From Macrostomum lignano (lineage: Eukaryota): DNA of 64,000 nt. The translations under genes and the position numbers were made by a program. The notes beneath the pieces were generated by a model. It made no database searches. It saw only the letters and a program-made list of their open reading frames with translations, and was not told where the DNA came from. The stretch covers positions 1 through 64,000 of the forward strand of contig NIVC01002161.1 in assembly GCA_002269645.1 (NCBI GenBank), written 5' to 3'. Shown here piece by piece: positions 47,201-57,642 of this stretch (its first letter is position 1; every line of letters starts with the position of its first letter).

Positions 47201-50200
47201 TCCTACTAAAAATATTTGTCAATTAAAAAGTTTTCTGCAAATTTAATTGTGCGCCCCAACTCGCAAAAATTTTGCATTTCTTTCCCAATTGTTGTTTATT
47301 GGGCTGCAGTCATTGCTATTATCATATTCCACAATTTTTTATGCCTACCTGTGGGCTGCTGCGTCACTTTCTCTAGCACATCACCTTCCTATATGTCCCA
47401 GTTTTGTTCTTCCAATTGGTCCCACTGATGACTCAATGTTTCCCCACTCTTGTTTTGCTGATTTTGTCCTTAAATTCTGCGCAAATTGCTATTGCTCAAC
47501 CCCATGTCCACTCCTTTGTCCAACCTGCTATCCAGCTGCCCATCCAAGTCTTGCCCCTGTTGTTGAAATTTATGCTAATCTATTTATATGCATGCCTTAA
47601 GCACTACTACTATAACCCTTCTCCCACTGTTGTGACTTCTTTCCCGTGACCATTAGCATTTAGGGAAGTTAAGTTTAGTGTTAAGTTTGTGGTAATCCTT
47701 TGTTTAATTTTCATTAAGCTACTAGCAGACAACCTTAGCATCATTTAAGCCACATTCCACTTTGGTATATTTGGTTGTACCAAATATTTAATACCTGCCT
47801 GCTAAAATAATTATTTTCTTAATATCCAGCTGACAATAATAATAACAATAATCTGCAATAACATTATTTTCATTAATTAATTAATTAAGCCCATAGCTTA
47901 TCTCGAGTTATTTGCCCACGGGGCATAAAACAAACCAAGTTCTCATCTCAAAGAAAGCTCTGAGACTAATTTTCATTCCATAATATGAGAACTATGGTGG
48001 TGGAACCTCTACCCTACTGATAGTAATCAGCTAAGTGTATTTGACATATACTGACTTTGGCATCTATGACCCAATTTGAATGACCGTGCCTACTCAATGA
48101 CTGCTCGTCTATAACCACAACTACCCTGCTCTTGGATTTAATACCCCGGCAGTTGGACCATAGTCCAGATCATAGCAGGCATATGCCAGAATGAAAATTC
48201 ATTTTTTAATTTTACGTCAACGTAAAATTAAAAAAAGTTTACGCCAAGACTAAAATTGTTTATATGCCATTTTTATTGAATATATATTTTTAGAAATTCA
48301 AAACTTTTACTAAACTTTAAAATAGCTTTTTTGTTAAAAACTGATATCCTTTGTTTTAATTTTGATTTTCTTGTGATTAATAATTAAATTTATTTTTTAT
48401 TTTATAAATATTTTATATTTTAGTTTCTACCTTGAACTTGGCTATTTTTTGTATGACAACTGTGTACACTTTATGTTGAACCTGAAAATTCTATATGCCA
48501 AGTGTACACCAAGATTGTAAGTGAGAGCAAAAATATGCCAGAAAATTACAGTATAAAGGCCACCTTTGGGACTATGGCAATCGGAGTAAAACAGAAGAAA
48601 ATTTTGGTTTTTTTTGTCTACACAAATCTTCCATTTAATTATGCAAACACCAGTGTTGGGCAATTTCTGTTCCTCTATTCTTCCATTACTACAGGCAGTT
48701 ACTTTTTTAGAAGTGTTATTACCAGAAGTTACTTCTTTTAGGTAACAGACTTGGTAACAGAAGTGATTTTTTATAAGTCCATTACTTCTGTTACTTTTAC
48801 AATTTTTACTTTAGTGTTTTGTGTTATTTTCTTGTTTTACCTTTTTGTGCATATTTCATATTGCATATTTGCCATTGTTTATCAGTTTATTTTACTATCT
48901 CTTTAGTCTTTTTATTTGTATATTGTTCTATTTTTTCTGTGACCTTTTTACATTTTTCAATTTTATTTGTGTATTTTGTTAAGACAACCAAGACACTGGC
49001 ACCAAGACACCAAGGCCTCCTGACACTGGAGACAGTCTCTGTCAACACTGAGTTGGAGGAGCTTGGCGCCAGTGGCGACGGAGCACAACTACCATAGCAC
49101 ATGCGGTGCGCAGCCCACACCCTTAATCTGGTGGCATTAATGGATATGCTAGCTGCTGTGGAAGGGTCTCCCATGCTCAGGGGCCTCTTTTGCAAGGCGA
49201 TTGCCAAAGCTCAAGAACTTTAGAATGCGCAAGGCCATAGCACCCTTGCTGCTGTTGCTATTCATTGCAAGCTAGGGCACAAGCTCTGTATGCTGAATGC
49301 CACCCATTGGAACTCACTGTTCAACAGCATTCAGCAGCTGACAAAGCTCTTCAATGCCAACATGTGGCCGGCCATCAATTGTATCCTGCAGGGTTTGCTA
49401 AAGCCCCTGCTGCCATTCTAAGCTAAGGATGCGTGCATTCTGAAAGAGTATGCGGCTGCTATGGCACCAATCGCGATGGCCCTAGACTTGCTCCAGGGTG
49501 AGAATAACATCTATTTGGGACTACTACTGCCAGTTGTCACTAGTGTCCTCGCAAAGCTGGACAAGCTGAAGGCCAGAGCTGATGGCAGCACCCTGGAGTA
49601 CTGCAACTCAAGGACTTGTCAACAGCCTGCAGGACTGCATTTGATGACTATTTGAGCCCACTTTCAACAACATGGAGTGCCTGCTAGCATCAGGCTTCCA
49701 CCCCCAATTCCATCTGACGTGGCTGAAGTGCTTCAATGCAACGAAGTGTCAGAGAGTGCAGCAGGCCATGGTGAATGCTGTGAGGAGCAAACTGGAACTA
49801 GCAATGGCAAGTCAGGTCGAGGTGGTGGGAGATGGAGCCAACAGTAGCAGCCTCTCTAGTGGGAATGGCGATAACAGTGACAACTTTCTAAGCCAGCCGC
49901 AAAAGCCCCATAAGGAGGAGAACTTCAGGATGAAGGCAAAGATTATCATTCACAATTGGCTCAATGACATCTGGAAGCCAGAAGTTGGGGTCTCTAACCT
50001 GGCTTTCAAAAATATGCCAGTGATCAAAGGCCTTTTTATCCACTACAACATGGCTGTGCCTTCCAGCATTGCCATTAAGTGTGCTTTCTCAATGGCTAAA
50101 GATGTGTTGCAAGCAAAGCGTGCACACCTTGCAGACAAGACTCTCATGCCTCTGTTGCTGCTGCAGGGAAACAGTCATCTAACATCTTAATCTATAGACT

Positions 50201-52157
50201 ATAGACTTAGCACTTGGACTGTTTTTTGCCAGTTGGACTCAGAAGTTTTTTGTCATTTTTTTGTCTTTTTTGTTTTTGATACTAGCAATAGCAAAGTCAT
50301 CAAACAAATGTCAAAATTGTCAAAAACGAAAATTGCCAAAACTCAAAAGTCAAAGACTCAAAGTGGATTTCAAATGGCAGCTTGAAACTTTCCTGGAAGT
50401 TAATTTATTTAAACAACAAAAATGCACAATGGCCACTAAAATAATTTTGTTACTGATTAAGTGATTAATAATGAATAATGATTAGTGAATTAGTGATTAT
50501 AAGGGGTTATAATGTATTTTGTTTAGCATATAGGGGTATAGAAGATATAGTACAAGTAAAAGAATATAGCCTACAAATAAAAAATAATGGACTTAAAGTA
50601 ACAGATTACTAGAAGTTACTTTCTGTGGTAACGGAAGTTATTATAACAGAAGTTACTTTTTTGAGTAACTTGCTCAACACTGGCAAGTTACACAATGCTA
50701 ACAGAAATTCAAAGTGTTCAAAACCACCTACCAAAAGAAGAGGAGCCTAAAAATTTATTTTCTTCACCCTCACCTCATACTTTATTTCAAAAAATGAGTT
50801 CATTATCTCGACTTAATTTTTAAGTTTTTTTTAGATATACAGTACAGATTTTTATGATTAGACTAACATTATACTCAATATTTTGTTGGCACACAAAATG
50901 ACTGTCAACCAATTAGATAGCTATTTATCATTTAGCAATATTTTCCAATAGGTAAAGCACAAAGTAAAGGTAAAAAAATTACTTGAAGCAAAAGTGTAGG
51001 ATTGCCTAACTCTTTATTATATAGGCCTAGCATCCTTTCTCTCTTTTTACTTATTAGCTTACTAAAGCCCTTAAGGCTTGACCTAGCCTATGACATAGGG
51101 GATGCTTCTTTCTTAATAATATCCCATCATTGAGACACCAAAGTTGATGCAGGGCTTGCTTCTGTCCTTGTAAATAATTCTACAATGCCACCAAAGTTGT
51201 AACAGGCCTTTTGGCTCTATCTAGAAATCCCACCATTGAGACACCAAAGTTGTTACAAAGGTTATTTTTTCCTCACGACCTTATTGGTTATTACTTGCCT
51301 TTTACTAGTACCGCATGTACTTCTATTGGTAGCATCTATACTTCTATTGGTAGCATATGTACTTTTATTGGTAGCGTCTGTACTTTTATTGTACTTTCTG
51401 GCCTGAGCGGTCTTTAGGCACCATTTATCCTATTTTTATACCTTTCTAAAGATATTATTTTCTTAGTCCTGGGCATTCCTGGGATCAGAGGGTCACAGCT
51501 TACTTGCTGGGTATTCTGCCCTGAGGCGGGTTTCTTAGACTCTGAGTCTGGATTTCTCTACCCTATGGTAGGATTTCTGCTTTCTAGAGACAGGTTACTA
51601 GACTCTTAAGTCTAGGATTTCTCGTTCTCTGAGAATGGACTGCACTCCTACTCTTGGGGTGATTCCTAAGTCACTATCTACTACTTGGAATGAGTAACAC
51701 AAGTGATTTCAAGCCCAATGGCTGATCAAATTTTATCTGCACAATTGAAGCTTTGAGCTTGAAGGCGAGAGAGAAAGAAACCAATGCAAAAGGAAGTATA
51801 CTTTGGTCAGGCCCTTAGCTGGCCCTATTTATAATAGAAATTTCATTACCATTTTAAACAAATCATCATACAAAATATACAAAATATTTCTAATATTTGT
51901 TCAACACAACAAAGTAATAGTTTTCGAATTTTATAGCCGAATATAGGTTTCTAAGAAATATAAAAGTGTGTTTAGTAAAAACATAGCCTATTGCACCTAT
52001 ACCAATCACAATAGTAATATTATACAAACATGCTATTACAAAAAATTAGAAATAGAAAAAATCAAAAGTCAAGCATACCTACCTTATTACTCTGTTGAGT
52101 TTTCAGCTTTTTAAATATGGCATCAATATCTCTTTTGCTTGGTGTCTCAGATGTCAT
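29658..52157 (-). CDS. ARFGAP2/3: ADP-ribosylation factor GTPase-activating protein 2/3 (Glo3-type), about 553 aa
   Basis: Exons 52157-52083 ([25 protein letters not shown]), 35700-35509 ([41 protein letters not shown]), 34230-34150 (FFRQHGC...[11 protein letters not shown]), 33710-33303 (KKGGLGATK), 32560-32295, 32115-31710 ([14 protein letters not shown], Glo3 motif), 30536-30315 ([14 protein letters not shown]), 29669-29658 (RKQ*). All GT-AG, phases consistent, 1662 nt. The last mini-exon is less certain. Confidence 0.92.
30017..30238. repeat. 34-bp minisatellite in the last ArfGAP intron
   Basis: Unit starts at 30017 and 30051. Confidence 0.93.
30590..31660. repeat. Purine-rich 21-22 bp minisatellite (GGGGAGAGAAGAAGAGGGGT) in ArfGAP intron 6
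   Basis: Read directly; explains the low-complexity ORFs at 30.5-32.4 kb. Confidence 0.95.
32157..32290. repeat. (CAGA)n microsatellite in ArfGAP intron 5
   Basis: Read directly. Confidence 0.97.
32620..33175. repeat. 17-19 bp minisatellite (CCCAACGGAGGGGGATT) in ArfGAP intron 4
   Basis: Read directly. Confidence 0.92.
33735..34085. repeat. 22-23 bp minisatellite (AGGGTGGTTTAGAGGCGATTCTT) in ArfGAP intron 3
   Basis: Read directly. Confidence 0.92.
34400..35480. repeat. Degenerate GGGATGTCTTG-based repeats ending in a 30-bp array, ArfGAP intron 2
   Basis: Read directly. Confidence 0.9.
37915..39200 (+). mobile_element. Degenerate THAP-domain P-element-like (THAP9-type) transposon remnant
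   Basis: [20 protein letters not shown] and [11 protein letters not shown] (THAP hallmarks), then [14 protein letters not shown] (cf. P transposase DxxHLLKN); many stops and frameshifts; truncated at about 39200. Confidence 0.6.
41099..43405 (+). mobile_element. Decayed tyrosine-recombinase (Crypton-like) transposon ORF with an N-terminal barrel-like domain, 57-bp repeats and C2H2-like fingers
   Basis: ORFs 42266-42532, 42566-43042 and 43070-43405 share one frame, broken by single stops. Motifs [16 protein letters not shown] (R), [12 protein letters not shown] (K), [11 protein letters not shown] (R), [12 protein letters not shown] (H, Y). Upstream YVCPF...[10 protein letters not shown] and [16 protein letters not shown]. 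Confidence 0.7.
46293..47111 (+). pseudogene. Unidentified decayed ORF of about 270 codons, probably transposon-borne
   Basis: One frame, interrupted only by TAG 46599, TGA 46878 and TGA 47058; protein-like composition; no family recognised. Confidence 0.4.
48651..50682 (+). mobile_element. Internally deleted, decayed hAT-family DNA transposon with TIRs
   Basis: TIRs CAGTGTTGGGCAA / TTGCTCAACACTG; GTAAC/GTTAC subterminal repeats; [55 protein letters not shown] (hAT dimerisation region). Flanks GCAAACAC / GCAAGTTACAC could be a degraded 8-bp TSD. Confidence 0.85.
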
Positions 52158-54629
52158 TTCTACTTAACTTTTTATTTTATTAGAGAGTAATAGTATTTAG
52201 CAAACCAAAGCAGTAATAGCAAAATAGTATTTGTGGAAGATTTTTATTATTTAACAGCGTCTATTATTAATAGTAGTACTCTTATATTAAGCCTAGATCT
52301 TTGATTTTGGCTTGACAAATCTATGCGCTACAGGACTATTTAATAAGAAGACAAAATTTGATTGCCGTTTGTCTTCTACGTCCCTAAAATTCACTGCGGA
52401 AAAGATCAAATATGTAAATAAGCTTAAAAATCTACTTTAGCAGATATCACGAAAAAACTAACTTAAGCGGGAAAAGTTATCGCACCAACTTGATCGGTAC
52501 AGTACTGAAATAAAAGTAAACGTAAACTTTAAGTCATACTACGCAGTACAAGAAATGCATTTAGTGAAACAAAAATATGTCAGCTAGCAGCCAAAAATAA
52601 GAAAAACAGTACACACTTTTTAATATACTAACTTACTATTTATTTTAAACAAATGAAAGCTAACGCAGATAATAAAAAGTTTTTCGCCAGTTGACAATGT
52701 AACTAAAAGCTGCTAAGAAGGTTGACTGTTAAAGATTTTTTCACTTATCTCATTCACTGTTAGTAATGTTAACTATTAGCATCGAATTATAATTGATTTC
52801 TGAAGTTTGGCTATATTTGGGAGCTATGCGCCTCGCCGTGCGCCCTCTATAACCCGCTCCACTGGGCCGTGCATCATACCGACGTCGTCGCCGACGCGCA
52901 GCCAAATGTTACATGTACATACCCGGCCGCTAGCAAATGAGTTGCTCAAAGCTAACCACTGTAATATGTGCTCACATTTCGCTAGCGAATCAGTGTAGTG
53001 TAATATTGTAAAACAGGTTGCACAATGTATTGATCCTCCCCTGCCATTGGTATACAATATATTTACGTGTAATAAATTAAATACATGTATGCTATCATAG
53101 ATTCAAATAAAAGTATCTTCAGTAAAATTGCTGAAGATAAAGAATTTATAAAAGTGCGCAGTACGTAACAAGAAAACGTACAATCCGCATTCAGCTTCAG
53201 GATAAAAAACGTTGAAACTTAAAATTGCAGAACTACGTAGTACATGCAAGTTTAATATGAAGAACTCTGCTTAAGTTGTATATAGGCATGCGGCATGCAT
53301 ATTAGATTTTACTAAGTCTATCTTTTGTATGCATGTAAATTTGTCACATCAAAACTTAAGTTCCTCCTTTGATGAAGCGCCTGATCTACCCGCGCTTATC
53401 CCCGAGAACTTAACTTTAGTTGACACATGATTACATATACCTGCATGCAGCATGTAAAGCAGGTAATGTACATGAGGGCATGAGGCTATCTGCAGGCAGG
53501 TCTGTAATGCTTTGGTAGCGCAAAATCTGGTATGTTATCAGAGCATATTATGCTTTACATGAATGAAATATGTATACATGTATGTACAGTAAATTATTTT
53601 AAAATACATATTATAAGTAAAAAAACTACGAGCGTACATGTATGCATTTCCTGGTCGCTTACATGTACATGTACCTGTTTATAGATAATGTAGTGTAAAT
53701 GTACATAAATATAGTAGGGTAGTTACATGTAGGAAAGTATGTCCATTTATTTTTAATTTATACCAATTAGATACAATGCAGTATCCGTCCGAGAACAGAT
53801 TCTTAATAACTCCAAAGAAGCATTTTCGATAATAAAAAATTCACTACATTCTTAAGCTAATTATCAAAACTAAAATGCATGTAAGCCGAAAGAATTTGAA
53901 TTCCTAACAAAAAAATTGTACTTGCAGTGCAAAATAATCAATACAGATGTAGCTATGAAGCGGGGAGACCACAATTTTAAAGTATAATTAGTGCACAAAA
54001 AGACGCAATATTATAAGTATCAAATGTACATCTATATGTACGAAACGGTGCCAAAACAGAAACAGAGAATCAAGAGAACCTAGTAAGCAACAGGGCCGCT
54101 AAGGGTGCCAAATTACTCATTGGGGTCATCGATGGTGCCAAAGCAGTCATCGGGGTCACTGATGGTGCCATATTATTAGGCCCCATATTCATGACAATAA
54201 AATACACGCAACGCCTGAAGAAATACATAAAAATAGAAGACTAGACACACAAAAACAAAGATTTGACTAGATTCAGTTGTAGAAGTTAAAAAACAGACAA
54301 TGAGTGTATAAAATAACAAAGAATAGAGATGCAACTATCACTATACTTAGTAAGCCTTACTGTTAGTAAACACAAAAAATATAAACAGTTTGGTAATGCC
54401 ACTCTGAACGATTCTGTGACCTACTGTAAGTACTGCACGACATTTATTAAAGGTTTTTTGTCAAACATTTTTGTGTATACAGAAAACTTTATGTTATATA
54501 ATAAAGAGGCTGACTTGGTGTGACTAGCAGATAAAGAATAAAAATGAAGGCATTGCATGCAAAACTCCTTTTTTTAAAAAAATCTAATCAAATTTAGGCA
54601 AGTCAAATACGGTAAATAGTTGACTCCAA

Positions 54630-55190
54630 CTACAGACTCTACTGCACTCACGACAGCCTTATCAACTTGATCTTCTACAGACTGCAGTGCAACTACTACA
54701 GCCTTATCCACTGATCTACTGCAGACTGCAGTGCAACTACTACAGCCTTATCCACTGATCTACTACAGACTCCAGTGCACCTTTTTTTAAAGGTAGGGGG
54801 GTTGTGCGCACCCTGGCGCACTTTAAGCGACATAGGCACACAACCGGCGAGAGGCATTGCTGCCCATTCCGCCGACTCCCCTGAGCAGGCAGACAAGCGC
54901 GCGGATACGTACGCAGGCACACACTCACACAGGAGTGTACAGCGGCCCTAACTTTATTTTATCGTTAGGCATGTACACTTCACTGCGCCTTGGGGGTTGG
55001 CTCTCAAGGCCGTTAATTGCACGAGCAGAGCCAAGCCGAGATTCCAATTCAGCCCCAAATTAATGTGACTGCACTTGGAATCGAGCCTGGGTCGCTGGCA
55101 CACCAGAGCAGCTGCGCTACCGCTGGGCTACGGCCCCCCTCCAGTGCACCTACTACAGCCTTATCAACTGATCTACTACAGACGCCAGTG
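54630..55190. repeat. 44-bp tandem repeat in the MMD 3' region, interrupted by a SINE
   Basis: CAGTGC unit starts at 54685, 54729 and 54773; the array resumes at 55141. Confidence 0.85.
54782..55138 (-). mobile_element. Full-length tRNA-derived SINE (about 357 bp) with target-site duplication
   Basis: Minus strand GGGGGCCGTAGCCCAGCGG (A box) ... GGCTCGATTCC (B box), unique body, short A-rich tail; flanking direct repeat CTCCAGTGCAC(CT) at 54770 and 55139. Confidence 0.85.
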
Positions 55191-55193
55191 TCA

Positions 55194-57642
55194 TCACAGC
55201 TCAGACTCCAAGCCAACTCCATCAATAGTTTCCGTTCGCAGGCCAACCAGGTGAGTGGACACAGCATTGTACTGCAGCACCGACCCAATCACCACGAACA
55301 GGTGCCAGATGGCGTGGGCGAAGGGCACAATGCCGTCCAGCTTGAAAAAAACGACGCCGCACATGTAGGCTGCGCCGCCAGTTAAAAGTTCGCCAAGGCC
55401 GTTTGGGTTTTTCTGAAAATTACGTTTAAGATGAGGGGGTCAATGGGTCAACCAACCCATTAGTATGAGTCAATGAGTCAACAAACCCATTGGTTTGGGT
55501 CAATGGGTCAACCAACCCATTAGTATGAGTCAATGAGTCAACAAACCCATTGGTTTGGGTCAATGGGTCAACCAACCCATTAGTATGAGTCAATGAGTCA
55601 ACAAACCCATTGGTTTGGGTCAATGGGTCAACCAACCCATTAGTATGAGTCAATGGTCAACAAACCCATTGGTTTGGGTCAATGGGTCAAACAACACATT
55701 GGTGTGGGTCAATAGGTCAACCAACACATTGGTGTGGGTCAATAGGTCAACCAACACATTGGTGTGGGTCAATGGGTCAACCAACACATTGGTGTGGGTC
55801 AATAAGTCAACCAACACATTGGTGTGGGTCAATAAGTCAACCAACACATTGCTGTGGGTCAATGGGTCAACCAACACATTGGTGTAGGTCAATGGGTCAA
55901 CCAACACATTGGTGTGGGTCAATGGGTCAACCAACACACTGGTGTGGGTCAATGGGTCAACCAACACATTGCTGTGGGTCAATGGGTCAACAAACACATT
56001 GCTGTGGGTCAATGGGTCAACAAACACATTGCTGTGGGTCAATGGGTCAACAAACACCTTACTGTGGGTCAATCAGTCAACAAACACATTGATGTGGGTC
56101 AATGGGTCAACAAACACATTGCTGTGGGTCAATGGGTCAACCAACACATTGGTGTAGGTCAATGGGTCAACCAACACATTGGTGTGGGTCAATGGGTCAA
56201 CCAACACACTGGTGTGGGTCAATGGGTCAACCAACACATTGCTGTGGGTCAATGGGTCAACAAACACATTGCTGTGGGTCAATGGGTCAACAAACACATT
56301 GCTGTGGGTCAATGGGTCAACAAACACCTTACTGTGGGTCAATCAGTCAACAAACACATTGATGTGGGTCAATGGGTCAACAAACACATTGCTGTGGGTC
56401 AATGGGTCAACAAACACCTTCTGTGGGTCAATCAGTCAACAAACACATTGCTGTGGGTCAATGGGTCAACAAACACATTGCTGTGGGTCAATGGGTCAAC
56501 AAACACCTTACTGTGGGTCAATCAGTCAACAAACATATTGCTGTGGGCCAATCAGTCAACCAACCCATTGGTGTGAGTGAATGAGTCGATCAAACTGCGT
56601 AAATACAATTGGGTCAGTGAGTCAGCCAGCTCTAAGCAGGAATTACTTGCCATTTTTAACGCCACTAACGATGGCAACGCGCCAACAGAAACGTAAAGCA
56701 GGACTTCGAGCCATTTGTACCTAAAAGTGCAATATTTCATAGTTAGTAAAAGCTTTTTGTGCGAAGGAGCATGGTACATTTAAAAAAGGACTACCGATAT
56801 GTATCGAATAAGATTTTGCATTGCAGAAGTTGCGCGTACTTCTCGTGAAATATGAGCTGATAGGCGATGCCAAACACGGCAGCTGGCCACACTGCGTAGA
56901 GGCATTTCAGGCCGTAATCTGATTCGTAGTCGCGTAGGACCAGCCTGGGTAGCAGGTAGGGCGCGGTAGATAGATAGGTAGGTAGGGAAGAGAGTAGTAG
57001 GTAAAAATAAGTGGTACATACAGTAGTAGGTGGATAGGTAGGTAGATGGGTAGGTAGGTAGGTAGGTTGGTAGAGGTAGGTAGGTAGGTAGGTAGGTAGG
57101 TAGGTAGGTAGGTAGGTAGGGTAATGGAGATAGGTAGGTAGGTAGGTAGGTAGGTAGGTAGGTAGGTAGGTAGGTAGGGTAATGGAGATAGATAGGTAGG
57201 TAGGTAGGTAGATGGTAAGTCAAGCACCCGAATAAGAATTCTTACCAGGGCGTGTAGCTGGCAGCAATAAACAGGTAGATAAAAACACGATCGCCCCTGT
57301 GAAAAATCTCCTTTAAAGTTCTGCAAAGTGGAGTAAAATTCATGCTGTTTAGTTTGTATTCGAGTTGGATAGCGCAGGCAGACAGTGGGAACAGCTACTG
57401 ACCTGAAGCGGCCCCAGAAGGCCAGGATGTGAAAGACGGAGGACACAGAGAACAGGCCCAGCGTTGCCAGGCCATAAACGCGAGCGATGGCGAGCTGGCG
57501 GGCATCAATGGACCGGGAGGTCATGCTGTGCAGCTTGTAGATTGAGGCTGGAATCATTATTCCATGGGACAGGATGTTGGCCACATGCTCTTGATCAGTG
57601 GGCACATATGCCTGACCTGCTGCAGCTCTACTGTTTTTGAAC
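55194..57642 (-). CDS. MMD/MMD2: Monocyte-to-macrophage differentiation factor (PAQR10/11, haemolysin-III family) membrane protein; first coding exon not securely placed
   Basis: Exons 57642-57403 (FKNSR..YVPTDQEHVANILSH..SSVFH), 57320-57246 (FHRGDRVFIYLFIAASYTPW), 56944-56840, 56720-56651 (followed by a GC donor), 55412-55194 (FFKLDGIVPFAHAIWHLFV...*). Phases consistent. Confidence 0.92.
55420..56580. repeat. 30-bp minisatellite (GGGTCAATGGGTCAACCAACACATTGGTGT) with a 60-bp dimer block and a about 270-bp higher-order duplication, last MMD intron
   Basis: Read directly. Confidence 0.95.
57000..57215. repeat. (AGGT)n microsatellite in an MMD intron
   Basis: Read directly. Confidence 0.95.

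Noticed and set aside
52925-52990. Stem-loop GCTAGCAAATG...CATTTCGCTAGC as a pre-miRNA/snoRNA
   Set aside because: Only about 11 bp pair well; no snoRNA boxes or recognisable mature miRNA.
53385-53440. Hairpin TACATATACCTGC...GCAGGTAATGTA
   Set aside because: Stem of about 16 bp with bulges, too short for a pre-miRNA and explained by local ACATGT-rich sequence.
55420-56584. Overlapping repeat ORFs and a CRISPR-like regular pattern
   Set aside because: Head-to-tail 30-bp minisatellite with no unique spacers and no cas genes, in a eukaryotic intron. The same applies to all other arrays.
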